In this document: positions 1 through 13,080 of the stretch, piece after piece | Position numbering within the stretch: position 1 is the stretch's first letter | Layout of the letters: each line of letters begins with the position of its first letter | Position numbers and translations under genes: made by a program | The notes under the pieces: model-generated | What the model saw: only the letters and a program-made list of their open reading frames with translations | Told to the model about the DNA's origin: nothing | Database searches by the model: none | Origin: Phoronis australis | Taxonomy: Eukaryota > Animalia > Phoronida | DNA length: 64,000 nucleotides | Assembly (NCBI GenBank): GCA_002633005.1 | Contig: NMRA01000146.1 | Coordinates: forward strand, 369,981-433,980 | Direction of reading: 5' to 3'

Positions 1-729
1 TATGGAAAATGTTACTTGATTTACAGAAATATGTTACACTAGGATTATGAGATATGAAGCTCACTCAAACCATCTGCCACATATCTTCGTATATTTTTAT
101 AGTCATGCTTGTCAAATTCTAGTTTTAGGAGCTGAAATGGTTTAATGGTAACAATTATGCATGTCCAGTTTACTACTTAACGTGATTTTGGATAACCCTG
201 CTTAATGTGGATTCAGGTAAGTGGCGTCGCACAGTTCTTGGCATGCCTGATTTTTCTCAGAAAAGCCACAGTATTTAGGTGGTAATGGGTGACAAAGTAT
301 AAGCATATCCACACTTTGCTGTAATTTTTCATGGAAGAAAATTAGAGGAATGTTTTGAATACAAATATTAGAAGCTCGCAGGAATGATTGAGAATTAAAC
401 ACACATTCTTCTGCATTTTTGCCCAAAACCAGTTTTGGTATACGACAAAAAATTTATACCTAATATATCGACGTCCTTCACCTGGGGCAGAGTATTATGA
501 TATCGCCCATGTCATATCTAAGTAAATTTTGTCCTTACCCTAGATTACCATTAAATCCGCCCTAATGGTCTAATATTCCCAGAAGCCTCACCCTACTTCT
601 CGCGCCCAGGGGCTGCTGCACCACCTCCGCTAAGCCTACGAGGCACTTGTCAAATGTCGGGATACTCGAACAAATTTCGCAGTGATTGGCACTCCAAGGG
701 TATCAAGAGGAGTACGACATACGCAACCT

Positions 730-1215
730 ACCGTGATATGAGAACTAGGCTCCCTATACATTCAGATCTGAAATTTGATTCCTACAACGACGTTTGACGT
801 ATACTCCCGTACAGCGATATCTGAAATATGCTCTGTGCAGTTATCACTGAAATAAGCACCGTATAGTGAACCCTGAAATGTGCTCTCACTGTGATATCTG
901 ACGTATGCTCCCTGCACTGACGTAGGAAGTATCCTCCGTACAGTGGTATTCGATGGATGCTCCCAACAGCGATACCTGTGGTATGCTACCTACCGTAAAA
1001 CCTAAACTACACTTCCTACAGTGACACATGAAGGAAGCTACCTAACGTAATATTTGAAGTACGCTCTCTAGAGACACATCTGAAGTTTATTCCCTACAGT
1101 GATATCCGAATTTCTTCACTACTATGATACCTGAAGTGCACCCCCTGCAGAGAAATATTAAGAGCGCTCCCTATATTGTTACGCAATGATATCTGAAGTA
1201 TGCCCTCGACTTTGG
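730..1215. repeat. Degenerate ~33-35 bp tandem repeat (CAGTGATATCTGAAGTATGCTCCCTA-like)
   Basis: Recurrent gtgatatctgaa..tgctc units; a second array lies at ~10950-11290. Confidence 0.75.
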
Positions 1216-1320
1216 ATATTATTGCCTTTGATGTTTGTCGTTGAATCAGTGTTAAAATCTCAACATGTGTAAAAACTGTCGTCGCTGCACAAAAGTCTAG
1301 TTCCACAAAAACGAACTCAC

Positions 1321-1641
1321 AGAATACGGTTGCGGTAAGTTGTCTAGTAACAGTCTGTTGAGTCAAATTATTTACAGCTGTGCAGCTAAGCTTCATTCCA
1401 TCTATGCTCCGGTCTACTGATAAGACTGAAGAGTAGCTTGTAGAGCCGTTGATTGTGTAGGAAGTTGACGGGTAGGAAGTAGTCAAATTGGACGAGAACC
1501 AAGTCACCGAAGCAGCAGGATACACGTGGTCCGTAATGCAACTGATGTTACTGTTCTCAGCAATCGACACTTTGTCCGCCTTATCGTTGATGTACGTGAG
1601 ACTTGGGCTAAAAATCGCAAATGCCAGTCTTGTAGGTCCAC
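1321..1641 (-). CDS. Ig-like domain exon (phase 1-1), multi-Ig gene A
   Basis: Acceptor tatttccAG and donor GTgagt; 321 bp open frame. GPTRLAFAIF...NISCITDHVYPAASVTW...DGMKLSCTAVN...TVF has the Ig B-strand Cys, C-strand Trp and DGxxLxC F-strand motif (nephrin/C2-set-like). Confidence 0.9.
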
Positions 1642-1929
1642 CTGGAAATAAGGTAAAACGTTGTATGCATAACCCTTATCTAAGAGGTTGCAATTAGTAA
1701 TGAAATATAATCAGAAATATACACACTTGATTGCGGAAGTGAAAAAAAAGACTTGTTTAAATAGAGGTTTGGTTGTTGCTCTGATAAAAGGCTTTACAGG
1801 TTATTGGGATTGTCCAATCCCAAAGCATTGCCATACGATTGGCCAATAGTAAAGCATTGCCTCCGGTTGGCCAATCGTAAAGCAGGTGATTGCACGTCAT
1901 GGAATGAACTGTCATTTCTTCCATGCATA

Positions 1930-2188
1930 CAGTGGCGGATTTAGGGGCTCGAATTTCTGAGAACGTAAACCTTTCACTAAAAAGGAGGCCTAAAAAGCAC
2001 TGCACCGGTGGTCTCAATGGGGTCTGAGACCCCCTTCTAAACACGCGCTTTCACACAAAACTGTTAAATCGCGATACTGTACTGCCACATGTAATTACTG
2101 GAGTTAGTTCATAAACTCAATATTTCCTCACGCTCTTGCTGTTTTATTTTTTGCGGCAGCCAAGGCGCCCACCGCCAATCCGCCTACG
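1930..2188 (+). mobile_element. Short MITE of the CAGTGGCGGAT-terminus family
   Basis: Starts cagtggcggatttagggg and ends aatccgcctacg; shares the subterminal tttttgcggcagccaagg with the 8608-9578 element. Confidence 0.65.
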
Positions 2189-3061
2189 CAGAAGCGACCC
2201 CCTCTAAGTGGGCAGCTTGGGGAAATATCCCTTTGTCGCTTTACACAAGTAAATCCGATACTCCTAAGAATTCACGATGGGAATTGGGGACTCCAATTGC
2301 GTGTAAAAACACAAAACATTTTTGCACTGCGCTGCAGTATCAAAACATTGAATGTTGAACTGCGTGAAGAACTCTATTTGTGAATTGGACAAAAAGGCTG
2401 GTTAGTTATTAAATAAGTAATGTTACTTTCTTTTCAGGAGTTGTTTGTAAGGAATCCCCGGGGCACATGTCGAAAAGTCTGTCGAACCACGATTTTTGAT
2501 GTCCATGTACATATCAAACAGGGATACTCAAAATACTCTCGCAATCATAAACGACAATTTCACCGTTTATTTTCGTTCAAATTTACCTCGTGAATCGTTA
2601 TATACCTGTGAAATGAGCAAAAATGCGTCTTAATACGAATCTCCCAAAATTTCCCGGTTACCCGTAAAGATAGGCGAGTAGGTGTGCGGAAATTGCTAGT
2701 AACTTTCCGCGATGATAAACAAACTCGTTGGTTTCTGATTTACATGACTGTTTTTGTATCTACAAAAATCGATAGATTCATAGATATTTTTTTATAATTA
2801 GAAGCTACTCTTGTAAAAGCTGATAATGTATTTTAGTTGCAGCCTGAAGTTGGAAAAACTCTATAATTTGATCCCCCAATAGTCAAATATACGTAGACGA
2901 TTTTCACCCGTCTAAAACACCTCTTTAAGACATGGGTGAAATTTGGACAGTTCTCATTTACTCACAACTCACATGACAAGACATCCATTGCTTTTTGACT
3001 TAGGTACAGGATTTGTCATATAAATTTACAAAAAGGAGATAAAAAAGGACCTTGTCATTAA

Positions 3062-4728
3062 AGGAGAATGCCACCCAAAAAAACAACCCATTTTGTATCA
3101 ATTTAGGTCGAGTAATTCTGCTCGATAACTGCAAGTTCGGTTAAGTTACTTGACACCTGACTGCAGACGGAGGTGTTGAAATTATCCATTGTCGTCACTG
3201 GTTTCACACGCAGTCTGTTCAGCAGTTCACAACACGGGTTACTGGTGTCAGCTCATGGGTTGCATTAATCGTTTAACACCAATAAATCATCAAACTTCAA
3301 TGTAAAACTCTTACAAATACACCGAGTTCTTATAACAACGTGTTGTTTTATTTCACTTCTACGGATTTATTGGTATTTGGACTCACCGTAGCTTACAAAA
3401 TTCGGCAGGCCAATTTACCAAGGTCCGGAGCAGGAGTTTGGTGTCTGTTTGGAGATAGATTCTAAGTATTCTTCCGTGAATAGAAAACAGGAGAACATAG
3501 ATCTGTGTGGTTTAGACTTGTGATTTTTTGAGTTCTAAACACCCAAAACGCTTGTTATCCCGGCCAGTAGCTCGGAACCCGTTCGGGCCCGTTACGGCCG
3601 CCGGGACTGGCAAGAATATAAACCAGCTTGAGTTGGAAACTAAACCTCCAGTCACGAAAAGACTATAATAGTGAGCCAAAGAAATAATGTGGACGTGATT
3701 ATTTATGTGAACTAGCCTCGATAGTGAAAATCTACTTTCTTGTCGGGGGCCGCGAAGTCGGGTTCCCCTTCCACAGACCGTCAGGGTAGAGGTTGTACAG
3801 TATTAATGATTTGAATAATGTATTTGTATTTCTAAATAAAGGTTCCCCTAACATGTGACCATAGCAAATAAAATCGAGTAATTGTTTCACAAGGGCTTTC
3901 TGTCAGCAAACACTGAATTAGCATGCGCTCACACGGCCTCGGTGCCCGGTCAATTACCTTTATTGCCGGCATCAAAAGCCGGTAACGCAGTGGTATATTC
4001 ACTGCTGGCTTCTCAACATTTGCACTCACAATACTGCAAAGGCATTAAAAATTGTATCTAATGAGACAGACTTTGTTTCAGTTTGATATAAGCATTAGTT
4101 AGGATGAGAATAATTCATTTTGAAACAGAACGCAGAATAATAAATGTCTACATGGCAACTCGCCCGGCGCCAATGAATCCCGACTTAGTCAAGAGCTCAT
4201 CCGACGAAGACTTCACGGGTCGGATCGTTCGGTTTCACAGGCTATCAATTCGAACCGGAATACAGTAATCAAGAAATACTAGACAGGTGCCGTGAACATG
4301 CACAGGCAACGGAATGTATGGATAGTTCTTTGGTAAGCCGGAATTCGTCAGAGAAATCACTGTCGACGAAATGCCAGCCACAGACACGGAGATGTTTCAC
4401 GGCCTCATACTTGCTACTAACAGCGTACCTTTCATTTTTCACTACTGCGAGACACTTTCTAAGCATTTCGGGCTCTCCATGAAGTCGCAAAAACGATATA
4501 CCCGCTTTCTTCGCAGCTTCATAGTTCGGACACGCGGGAAAGATGCACCGCAATATAGCGGCATTCACTCTGCAAGCGAAACACTGACGTCGCTGCGTCT
4601 TGTCTCACCTTCCCCACAGGTTAACGCGACACCTCTCGGCAAGTTGAGTTCGACCTTCTAAGAGGCGATGTGGATATAGACCGATTAAGACGGGAAAAGG
4701 GACTAATTAAATCGGGTGGCATTCTCCT
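3062..4728. mobile_element. Kolobok-type DNA transposon (non-autonomous/decayed)
   Basis: Perfect 15-bp TIR AGGAGAATGCCACCC / GGGTGGCATTCTCCT, flanked by TTAA (3058-3061) and TTGA (4729-4732). RR termini, a TTAA target and an internal THAP domain are Kolobok hallmarks. Confidence 0.8.
4269..4568 (-). pseudogene. THAP zinc-finger coding remnant inside the Kolobok element
   Basis: CIFPACPN...SFLRL...LRKC(W)LAVVK...LRVCGWHFVDSDF fits the C2CH THAP pattern; the conserved Trp is lost and the start appears frameshifted. Confidence 0.75.
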
Positions 4729-6499
4729 TTGAATCAATATTACTGCATTGGCCAGGGAATCGATTGCTGAATTCTGATTTACATGTACATACATTTACGA
4801 TAATCGATTGATCGATAGACAATTTTTGACCATTAGAAGCTAATCTTTTAAGAAATGACAATGCTTTAGAGAATTTAGATGCAGGCTGACATTTGGAAAA
4901 TTCGATCTATCACCAGATCCCTAAATACCAAAGTCCACCGAACTATTGTTGTCTAGTATATGGAATAAGTCTCAAGGTTATTGGTGAATGTCGGACAGCT
5001 CTACAAAGTGTCTAAAAATGTTCTCACAACTCAGATGACAAAAAAATGTTTATCGACTTAGGAACTAGATTAGTGGTTTAAATTCACAAACCGTAGATCA
5101 AAAAATATTTAAGTCGTAAATAAACAAAGTCAATGTAACTCCTTGGTCATTAACTAGGAAAGGTTGCTGTCTTTGAACTTCCTCAATGTTATTGTTTTCA
5201 GCAGTATTGCGCACTGGTTTTTTGTTCTTCAAATCTGAATCGTTTGCGTGCATACTGCACAGATGAAGCACGTCATGACTGACGCACCCACGTTAGAGAT
5301 AAAATGTTACCATGCAGTAGGCCCTCGCAGAATTACAGTGATCCAAGGGAACTGTATTTTAACTCAAGGCGTTAAGTGTGTACATGTACATTTTAGGGAC
5401 ACTCTGTATCATTTCCCTAACCACCAGAAACTGGAATACTGCCCTTGTTTCAACAAGGGATTTTGAAACAGTCCCAAAGGCACTACAACAGGGACCTCAG
5501 GACCTCAGCTTTTCAAAATATTCCTTCATTGAATGACCATAATAAAATGAAGTTTTACAGAGACTGGATCACAATAAACAGGATGTTGAACTTAGAGTCA
5601 GCCCAGACGGATAGCTAAGAGCGAAGCTGTCTGCCTCTTGTGATACATAGCTGAGCTGACTAGCGACTAGCTTTAGTTCATCGAATTTCACATTTTCACT
5701 GTTAGTAGATATCAGCTATAGTTACTTGAAGCTGCTGTAAACTACCGTCAGTGCGCTGGCTCTAGGCCCATTCTTACTCTCCGTGAAACTTTCTTGGTTC
5801 ACGGTTAGTCAGCTCCTGATGTCTGCATCCACGGGAGATTTGGTACAAATATCTCGCGGCATGAGGAGCACGGAGGCAGGGCTTGGGGGCGGATGTGGTG
5901 GCAATAAGGAGGGGGGTAGTTTGGAGAAGTCAAATTAGCTTGTGCCCCGCAATACGTTTTGTCTTTTTTTCGGTCCTGTATTATGTGAATAAAATCACAA
6001 TTGGATTACACCAACAAAACAGGGGGTAATTCCATCTTCTCTTACATGTATATCAACGGACAAATGTTTAAAGGCAAACGTAAATGTCATTGCAATGGAA
6101 ACATTCATCAGGCATTATGCAAAATACACTGTGGGAAGCAAGTCGTACGCTGTCTTTTGTCAGCGAAGTGCCGTGGTTGGGATCGAGTCCGTGAGCTTAT
6201 TTCCTTGTACATGTAAGCGAGTTGCCTTCAGAGTGCGTAAGCCGTGGGGTTTGTATCGACTACATACGAATTCACGCGCATGTGCAGGCGCATGTGCATG
6301 ATAATTTATGCTGGTGCTGCATACCATGCGATGCATATGATCAAAGTGGTTTAAACTGAACTCAATAAAGGAACACTTTCAGTTGGAACATGCGTAAACG
6401 GACGTAATGAAATGGTCTTATATGTCACACTTGTCCAATAAATAACTTGACTCAGTTTCTACTATCCATATACACTGTATATATACGTATAAATATAAA

Positions 6500-6533
6500 T
6501 ATATATATATTTATCTATCTATCTATCTATCTA

Positions 6534-6576
<43 letters not shown>
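6500..6576. repeat. (TCTA)n/(TA)n microsatellite
   Basis: Directly visible. Confidence 0.95.
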
Positions 6577-6579
<3 letters not shown>

Positions 6580-6993
6580 TGTGGAATGCTTGTTTCTCGG
6601 AATAATGTAGGGTCGTATCAACAAGTCGGTGCATTGAGTGACATATCTACAAAAATATTGATTTGAACTGAGCAAAAGTATGTATGTAATGAGAGTAGTG
6701 CGCTTTGTATGAGTGTGTTATTACTTGGTATAATTTGTCAGACGGTTACTGTACATTCGTGGCAAGAAACGGCTAACAGGGTCTCCAAGAACCAGTCGTC
6801 TTTTGTCCGTGTACATTTCTTAAAGAATAAATATTTCTCCTTCATTTGATATCTGTTCTCCCTGCAACATCCTATCTTGATTACAACCTGTCCAAATATA
6901 CTATGGAAATTTCCGATTCTGAAAGCTGTTATGTATGCAAGACTTGTCTCAGTTGGGGCAGTAGTTTGAAATTTGTTCCAGGGTTATACTCAC

Positions 6994-7329
6994 TTATTAC
7001 TTGAATTGTAACTGAAGAGTTAGCGGACAGGTATTCTGTTCGCTTGTTGGAAGCCGTGCATATGATCTTGACATCGTGGTAGTCGTTTGTAATGTTGAGC
7101 GTCACCACAGCGGTAAAGATTCCGCTGCTTCTTTCTTTCACTGCCGACTGTGCTAAGAGAAACCTTTGACCGGATATAGGATTGTACTTGGAAGAAGTCA
7201 TATTCACGCCTTCTTTACAGTAGTCAGTAGTACATGTTATCTCAACAGACTCGCCAACTATTACGACGATAGACTTGCCAGGTCCCCAACGGCCTCCTGT
7301 CTGGTTAAGTGTAGTCATGGTGGGCCCCA
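6994..7329 (-). CDS. Ig-like domain exon (phase 1-1), gene A
   Basis: Acceptor ttacAG and donor GTgagt; 336 bp open. GESVEITCTTD...YHDVKIICTASNKR...VTIQVI has the Ig Cys pair but no canonical Trp. Confidence 0.88.
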
Positions 7330-8607
7330 CTGTAAGTTTAGATATAATACGATCAAGCTGTTTTTTTCAGAAAATAATGCCACGCTAGTAACGTAGGCCA
7401 TGATAAGAAGTTTCACCAAGGCCAAGGGTCTGTCTACAACTTCTTATTTACCAAAAGAAGAACAAAAGTCACTTAAACCCAGAAACAGACTCACGAGTGC
7501 TTCACTGTCTACTTACATGTATCTGAGAGTCAGGATAATACGAAACGACGATTACAACTGCTCAAAGGGAAAAGCCTTAAAATGAACTCAAAGATACGAT
7601 GAAATGTTATTTTTGTATGTTTTGCAGAATATTTTATGAAGGCACTAAGTCCCATGACAATCCACCTATAATCCCCCATGACTAAATCCCAAAAATAAGC
7701 ATCATTGTTTCGCATACGACGTTACATATTACATGTACCTGTAGGTTGTCTTCAGTGTGCTAGTTAAATTAAAAGTGTTATATTGAGTTCTCGTACATAT
7801 ACATATCGGTTTGCTTAAAAACAGGATTCAAGCTTCACGTACATGCACATGTACATGTGTGCTCTGCTTTAAAATTACCTAATCGTTTGGATTTGTTTGA
7901 AGGAGAAAGCACTTTAATTTGAAGAAAGTTCTGGCCAATAGGAAATTAATTTGCTCAACGTCATGTTGGCGTTTTGGTCCTCTGTAATAGGGCCGTCCCG
8001 GATTACACAGTAACACAAGAATGTCACTGTATTTACCCATGGTGCGTAAACATGAGTCAGAAACACTTGCTGCCTCGGTTTCTTACTGGCAGTTGGAGTT
8101 TCACAAGTTACTTGTTGTCGACGTCTGATTCTTTACGTCTGATCCTTTACAAGTTTTTCTCGGTTGCAATCTTACATTTGTCCTTCCAACACTAACAAGA
8201 TATCACAGATGTGCTGTAAGCAAGAACTCTGACGTGAGGAAGTTTGATAAACTGAACAAATTCCATTGCATGCGTGATGTGAAATTCTTCGCCTTCCCGA
8301 CGAAAATGAGAGACGTGAAAATGTACTGGATTTCCAAAACGAGGTTTCTCATTTCCGTGACAGAGGAGAGTCCTCGTAATCGCCCTGTAATCGTGATAAT
8401 TCTATTACATGTCCGTGCACGTATATAACAATACAAAAGACGCTTTACAAAATTCATAAGTTCTGTATTCGCAGGATATCACGAGGGAATCAAGGAATGT
8501 CACGTGCTTTGCAGGTAATACGTAGCATGATCTTACGTTTCCGAAATGTCCTCGAACCTTCAAAGTTCCTTGAAAGAAAAAGTGTGCCTGACTCGTACCA
8601 GGCGTAA

Positions 8608-9578
8608 CAGTGGCGGATCTAGGATATCACAAGGGGGGGCCCAACACTTTGTCCGAAAACATTTGTGGAAAGCACGATTAGATGCGCAAAGCACCCAATG
8701 GGGGGAGGTCGGGAGGGGGGTTCGCCCACCTCCCGCCCAGGAAAATTTTTCTGTTTTTCCTCTAAAAATCGAGCATTTTCCTTGATTCCTGAAGTATTAT
8801 GCAAGAAAAAAGGCAAAGCAAAAGAAAAAAAAGGCAATGGTCACAGACTCGAACTCACGATCTGACGTTTAGTGCGCGTGTGCTTTACCAATGCACCACT
8901 GACGACTTCACTCACGTTCTTGATAATAAGAGATCTAAATGTTTATGGTCCACAGCGTTTGCGCGCGAAACCTACTTCTTTTTGTAATGCTTGTTACAGT
9001 TTTTATATTTGTGCAATCAGTTCGTAACAAATTTGTTGTATTTAAAATAGTTTTCAATTGCCCAAAAGACCAAATCCGTTTTTTGTGTTGGCATTAATGA
9101 CGCGATTGCTTTGGAAATCGTCTTAAGTTAAGGTGTGACAAAGAGAGAATTATGAGTTTCTGAATGATTCACTAAGGCTTCGAATAAAATTGACATCTTA
9201 CCAGCAGCTTTTGTTTTTTCATCGTCACTCAGATTCCATTTCCTTTAAAAAAATGAAGTAATTTTCTTCATTTCACAGTGAAGCAGACGACGGAAACGGA
9301 GTCGTAGTGCGCAGCGCCACTGCCGGTCGCCTGGGATACCGCGGGAGAGCCGAGAGCCTATACTTAGTCATAGTTTCGATCCGAATTTGACACTTGAATT
9401 TGGATCTGAGCCCCCCCCCCCCAACACATTAAAACTGCACACATTTAAATCTTGTTTCCGCCGTATAATGTTAATTACCGGCCGGGTTAATTAATAAACT
9501 CAACATTTCCTTACGCTCTTTTTTATTTTTTGCGGCAGCCAAGGGGGGGGCCCTGCCCCCCCCCTAAATCCGCCTATG
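8608..9578 (+). mobile_element. ~970 bp non-autonomous TIR element with 5-bp TSD
   Basis: Termini CAGTGGCGGATCTAGG / CCTAAATCCGCCTATG; CGTAA at 8603-8607 and 9579-9583; inverted sister copy at 54147-55117. Confidence 0.85.
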
Positions 9579-9900
9579 CGTAAAAGGTTAAAAATTGTAT
9601 TTTCGTCTAAAATAAAGTCATAAAAATAGCCAGTTCCGGAGTTTAAGTCACCGATCATGAGGAAAAAGCAATGTTGGTGTTTATCGTCTAGTTTAGACAG
9701 TTTCTTATGAAGAAGTGTGTAGCACTGTTTCTTTCTGACGTAGTTTAATAAGACACAGGCACTGCAGGTAGTAAATAGAGGAAGCGCATAATAATGTCTT
9801 CTCCACATGTAACAACTTTTGTCGCATTTAAAATAAACACCACACGGGAACTGAATATTTATATGCTTGGAGAAGGGTGATATCGATTGATTTATCAAGG
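9579..9900 (-). mobile_element. LINE apurinic-endonuclease domain remnant
   Basis: LMIGDLNSGTG..DFI resembles the GDxNARTG motif of LINE APE domains; degenerate. Confidence 0.5.
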
Positions 9901-10221
9901 AATTGACGCCACCGAGTACCTGCCATACTTTCTGGCTTTCTTATTACAAGTTTGTAGCTTCACTCTTATGAGAATTCTATTAATATCAAGTTCAAGTGCT
10001 CATTCATTTGACCTTGCACTGCGCAAAAATACTGGTTAGAATTGTTTTGTAATCGTATTTTTACTTGCACGCCAAGTTTTGTTGAAGTTTCGATTATGTG
10101 TCACAATAGGGCGCATATTTTTCTAAATTTTATGCATAAATCGTGCTTTCGATTTATGTTATGTGACTATATGTACTTAGTTATACTTTCTACTTCAGGG
10201 TATACCAAAGCTGCAACAAAG

Positions 10222-11760
10222 CATGAAACTGTGACTTGATTTACAGAAATATGTTACATTAGGATTATGAGATGTGAAGTTTACTCAAACCATCTGCCAC
10301 ATATCTTCATGTATTTTTATAGTCATGTTTCTTAAATTCTAGTTTGAGGAGCTGAAATGGGTTAATGGTACCCAGTCGCCATGGTAACAATTATGCATGT
10401 CTACTTTCATACTTAACGTGATTTTGGATAACCCTGCTTTATGCGGATTAAGGTAAGTGTCGTCGTACAGTTCTTGGCATGCCTGATTTTCTCAAAACAG
10501 CCACAGTATTTAGGTGGTAATGGGTGAAAAAGTATAAGCATATACACATTTCGCTGTAATTTTTCATGAAAAAAATTAGAGGAATGTTTTGAATACAAAT
10601 ATTAAAAGCTCGAAGGAATAACCAATAGATTGAGAATTAACCACACATTTTTCTACATGTTTGCCCAAAACCAGTTTTGGTATACGACAAAAGTTTTATA
10701 GCTAATATAACGACGGCCTGCACCTGGGGCAGAGTATTATGATATCCACTGGTCATAACTAATTAAATCTAGCCCCTACCCTAGGTTACCCCCAAATCCG
10801 CCCTAATGGTTTCCTAATCCCAGAAACCTCACCCTACTTCTCGCGCCCATGAGAAGCTTCTCTGCTTCCCAAAAAGCCTCCGAGACACTTGTCAAATGTC
10901 GGTATTCTCGAACAAACTCTGCAGTGACTGACACTGCCGTATCAAGGGGAGTACGAAGTTTGCTCCCCACCGTGATATCTGAACTACACTCCCTACATTC
11001 AGATCTGAACTTTGATTCCTACAACGATGTTTGAAGTACTGTACTCCTTTACAGTGATATATGAAATATGCTCTCTATAGTAATCACTGAAATAAGCACC
11101 ATACAGTGAAATCTTAATTTAATGTTCTCTCACTTGTTATTTCTGATGTATGCTCCTTGCACTGACGTCAGCAGTAACCTCCTTACAATGATATATGATG
11201 GATGCCTCTCGCAACAGCGATACTGAAGTATAATTCATACAGTGATATCTGAAGTATGCTTCTTGAAGCGATACTTGAAGCATGATCCAGGCAGTGGTTT
11301 GTACATGTATGTCCTTAGCATTTCTTGTGGGATCAGTTTTAAAGTATCAACATTAACGAAAACTGCCTGTGGTCCAGAAAAATAGTATCACGAAACACTA
11401 CTCACCGAATACGATTGCAGTAAGATATCTAACAACTGCTTGTTGAGTAAAATTATTTACAGCTGTACAGTTAAGCTTTGTTCCATCCATGCTCCGGTCA
11501 ACTGATAAGACAGCTGAGAAGAAGACTGTAGAAGAGTTGTAGGTAGCCACTTCTCTTTTTGCTGTGTAGGAAGCAGTCAAGTTCGACGACCACGTCACCG
11601 AAGCAGTAGGATAAACATGGTCAGTAATGCAACTGATGTTACTGTTCTCAGCAATCGACACTGTGTCCGCACTATCGTGAATGTAGATGTACGTGAGAAA
11701 TCGGAGATTTAAGATCGCAAATCTCAGTTTTGTAGGTCCGGCTGGAAGAAAGGAAACATG
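10222..11760 (-). repeat. Intragenic duplication copy 2 (Ig exon plus downstream intron)
   Basis: Aligns with 1-1660. Confidence 0.9.
11406..11741 (-). CDS. Ig-like domain exon (phase 1-1), gene A; paralog of 1321-1641
   Basis: Acceptor ttcttccAG and donor GTgagt; 336 bp open. SIAENSNISCITDHVYPTASVTW...DGTKLNCTAVN. Confidence 0.9.
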
Positions 11761-11998
11761 CTGCATGCGTCACACATAAGCAGAGGATATAATTTATAAT
11801 GAGATGAAATCGAATTATAACACCATATTGTGGAAGTGAAGCACGGCCTGTTTAACAGGGTAAAAGTTGGGTTAACTCGAGTTAAGGTTTTACTCACATG
11901 AAATTGGTATCATACATTTCTTATCGTGATAGGATTCTGTAACCACCTATAACATCAATAGCGTTAGAAAACACGAGTTAACGTTCCGGATGTCTTTG

Positions 11999-12355
11999 CC
12001 CAGTAAACATGCAGGTACTGGGCCAATACTGGCCCTGAACTGTCTTCTGTATTAGCCCAATGATGTAGGCCAGTACTGGCCTGATAACATTTTGCACACC
12101 CGATGGGTATTGGGCCGGCATAAGATTGCGATATCGGGCCAGTAAAAGGCTATTATTGGGCCAATACACCAAAATCCGGTTTCGGCGCTATAAAGAGCCA
12201 GTATTGACATACTGTGTTGGGCCATTGATGGGCTCATATTAAGCCAGCATACTAATTGCATAGGCGAAAGTGCAGTGGTGGGCCAGTACAGTGCCACTAT
12301 TGAACCACTAATATTGCCTTTACAGGCCCAATGCAGGAATATTACTGTTTGTGGG
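11999..12355. mobile_element. MITE with CCC...GGG termini and internal (A/T)TGGGCC repeats (CMC/EnSpm-like)
   Basis: cccagtaaaca...tgtttgtggg ends; many actgggcc/ggcccaat subrepeats. Confidence 0.55.
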
Positions 12356-12779
12356 TATAACGAAACAACGAGTTTGTTTCTTCAATGTTTCAGGTTTTTA
12401 ACTCCTACAACGTTCGCTTTGTTTGTCATTTCAATAATTTTGCATGTGCATTTGTGACTTAAAAGAAGAAAAGGCTCTTGTTATTTAAAGATTTTATTAC
12501 TATGAAACTGCTAAGGTAAAATAAGCAACTAATTATTTTTACATAATTGAGTGAAGCGCGTGAGGCTGGCGCGTGACAATTGCACAGTAGCATGGGGAGG
12601 TATCAGGTGAAATTTGTAAGATTTGTGTCCCTGAAACTATTTTTTCGCCAACATGTGTGATTTCGTGTAAGTTCCTCAAAAATGGCACCCGGTAAGAGAA
12701 AGTCGAGCAAACTGTATCACAAGTTTCCTAAATGGACGACAACAAACTGTAGTTGTCAGAGGCGGGACGTCGTCAAGTA

Positions 12780-13080
12780 TACCTGTGGAGTCTGGGGTAC
12801 CCCAAGGCTAAGTATTAGGACTCTGCTTCTTCCTATTATAAACGATGTTCCCCTTGGTCTCTCTGGTAAAATTAGACTATTGGCAGACGATAAAATTTGT
12901 TACAACATTGGTAACTCAGCCAATGAGAGAGAGGGGCTGCAGAAAGTTTTAGATAGTCTTGCTCTGTGGGAAGACACGTCGGACGGTTCAGTCGTCTGTC
13001 CTCAATGTCAGAAACCCTAAAATGGTCCACACTTAGCCACAGACACAAAATCTGTAGGCTGAAAATGTTTTACAAATATG
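12780..13080 (+). mobile_element. LINE (CR1/L2-group) reverse transcriptase remnant
   Basis: GVPQG*VLG, then IINDVP..LSGKIRLLADD..Y...LQKVLDSLALW and LKWSTLSHRHKICRLKMFYK; has frameshifts and an internal deletion. Confidence 0.8.

Larger units (their letters stand above)
1..1660 (-). repeat. Intragenic duplication copy 1 (Ig exon plus downstream intron), paralogous to ~10222-11760
   Basis: Colinear similarity across the intron, the degenerate minisatellite and the exon; truncated by the window edge. Confidence 0.9.

Noticed and set aside
730-1215. Regularly spaced ~34-bp repeats as a CRISPR array
   Set aside because: The units are degenerate tandem copies with no unique spacers, there are no cas genes, and the context is a eukaryotic intron.
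8546-8987. Overlapping ORFs here and at 54805-55234
   Set aside because: They are chance frames through the GC-rich end of a non-coding TIR element.
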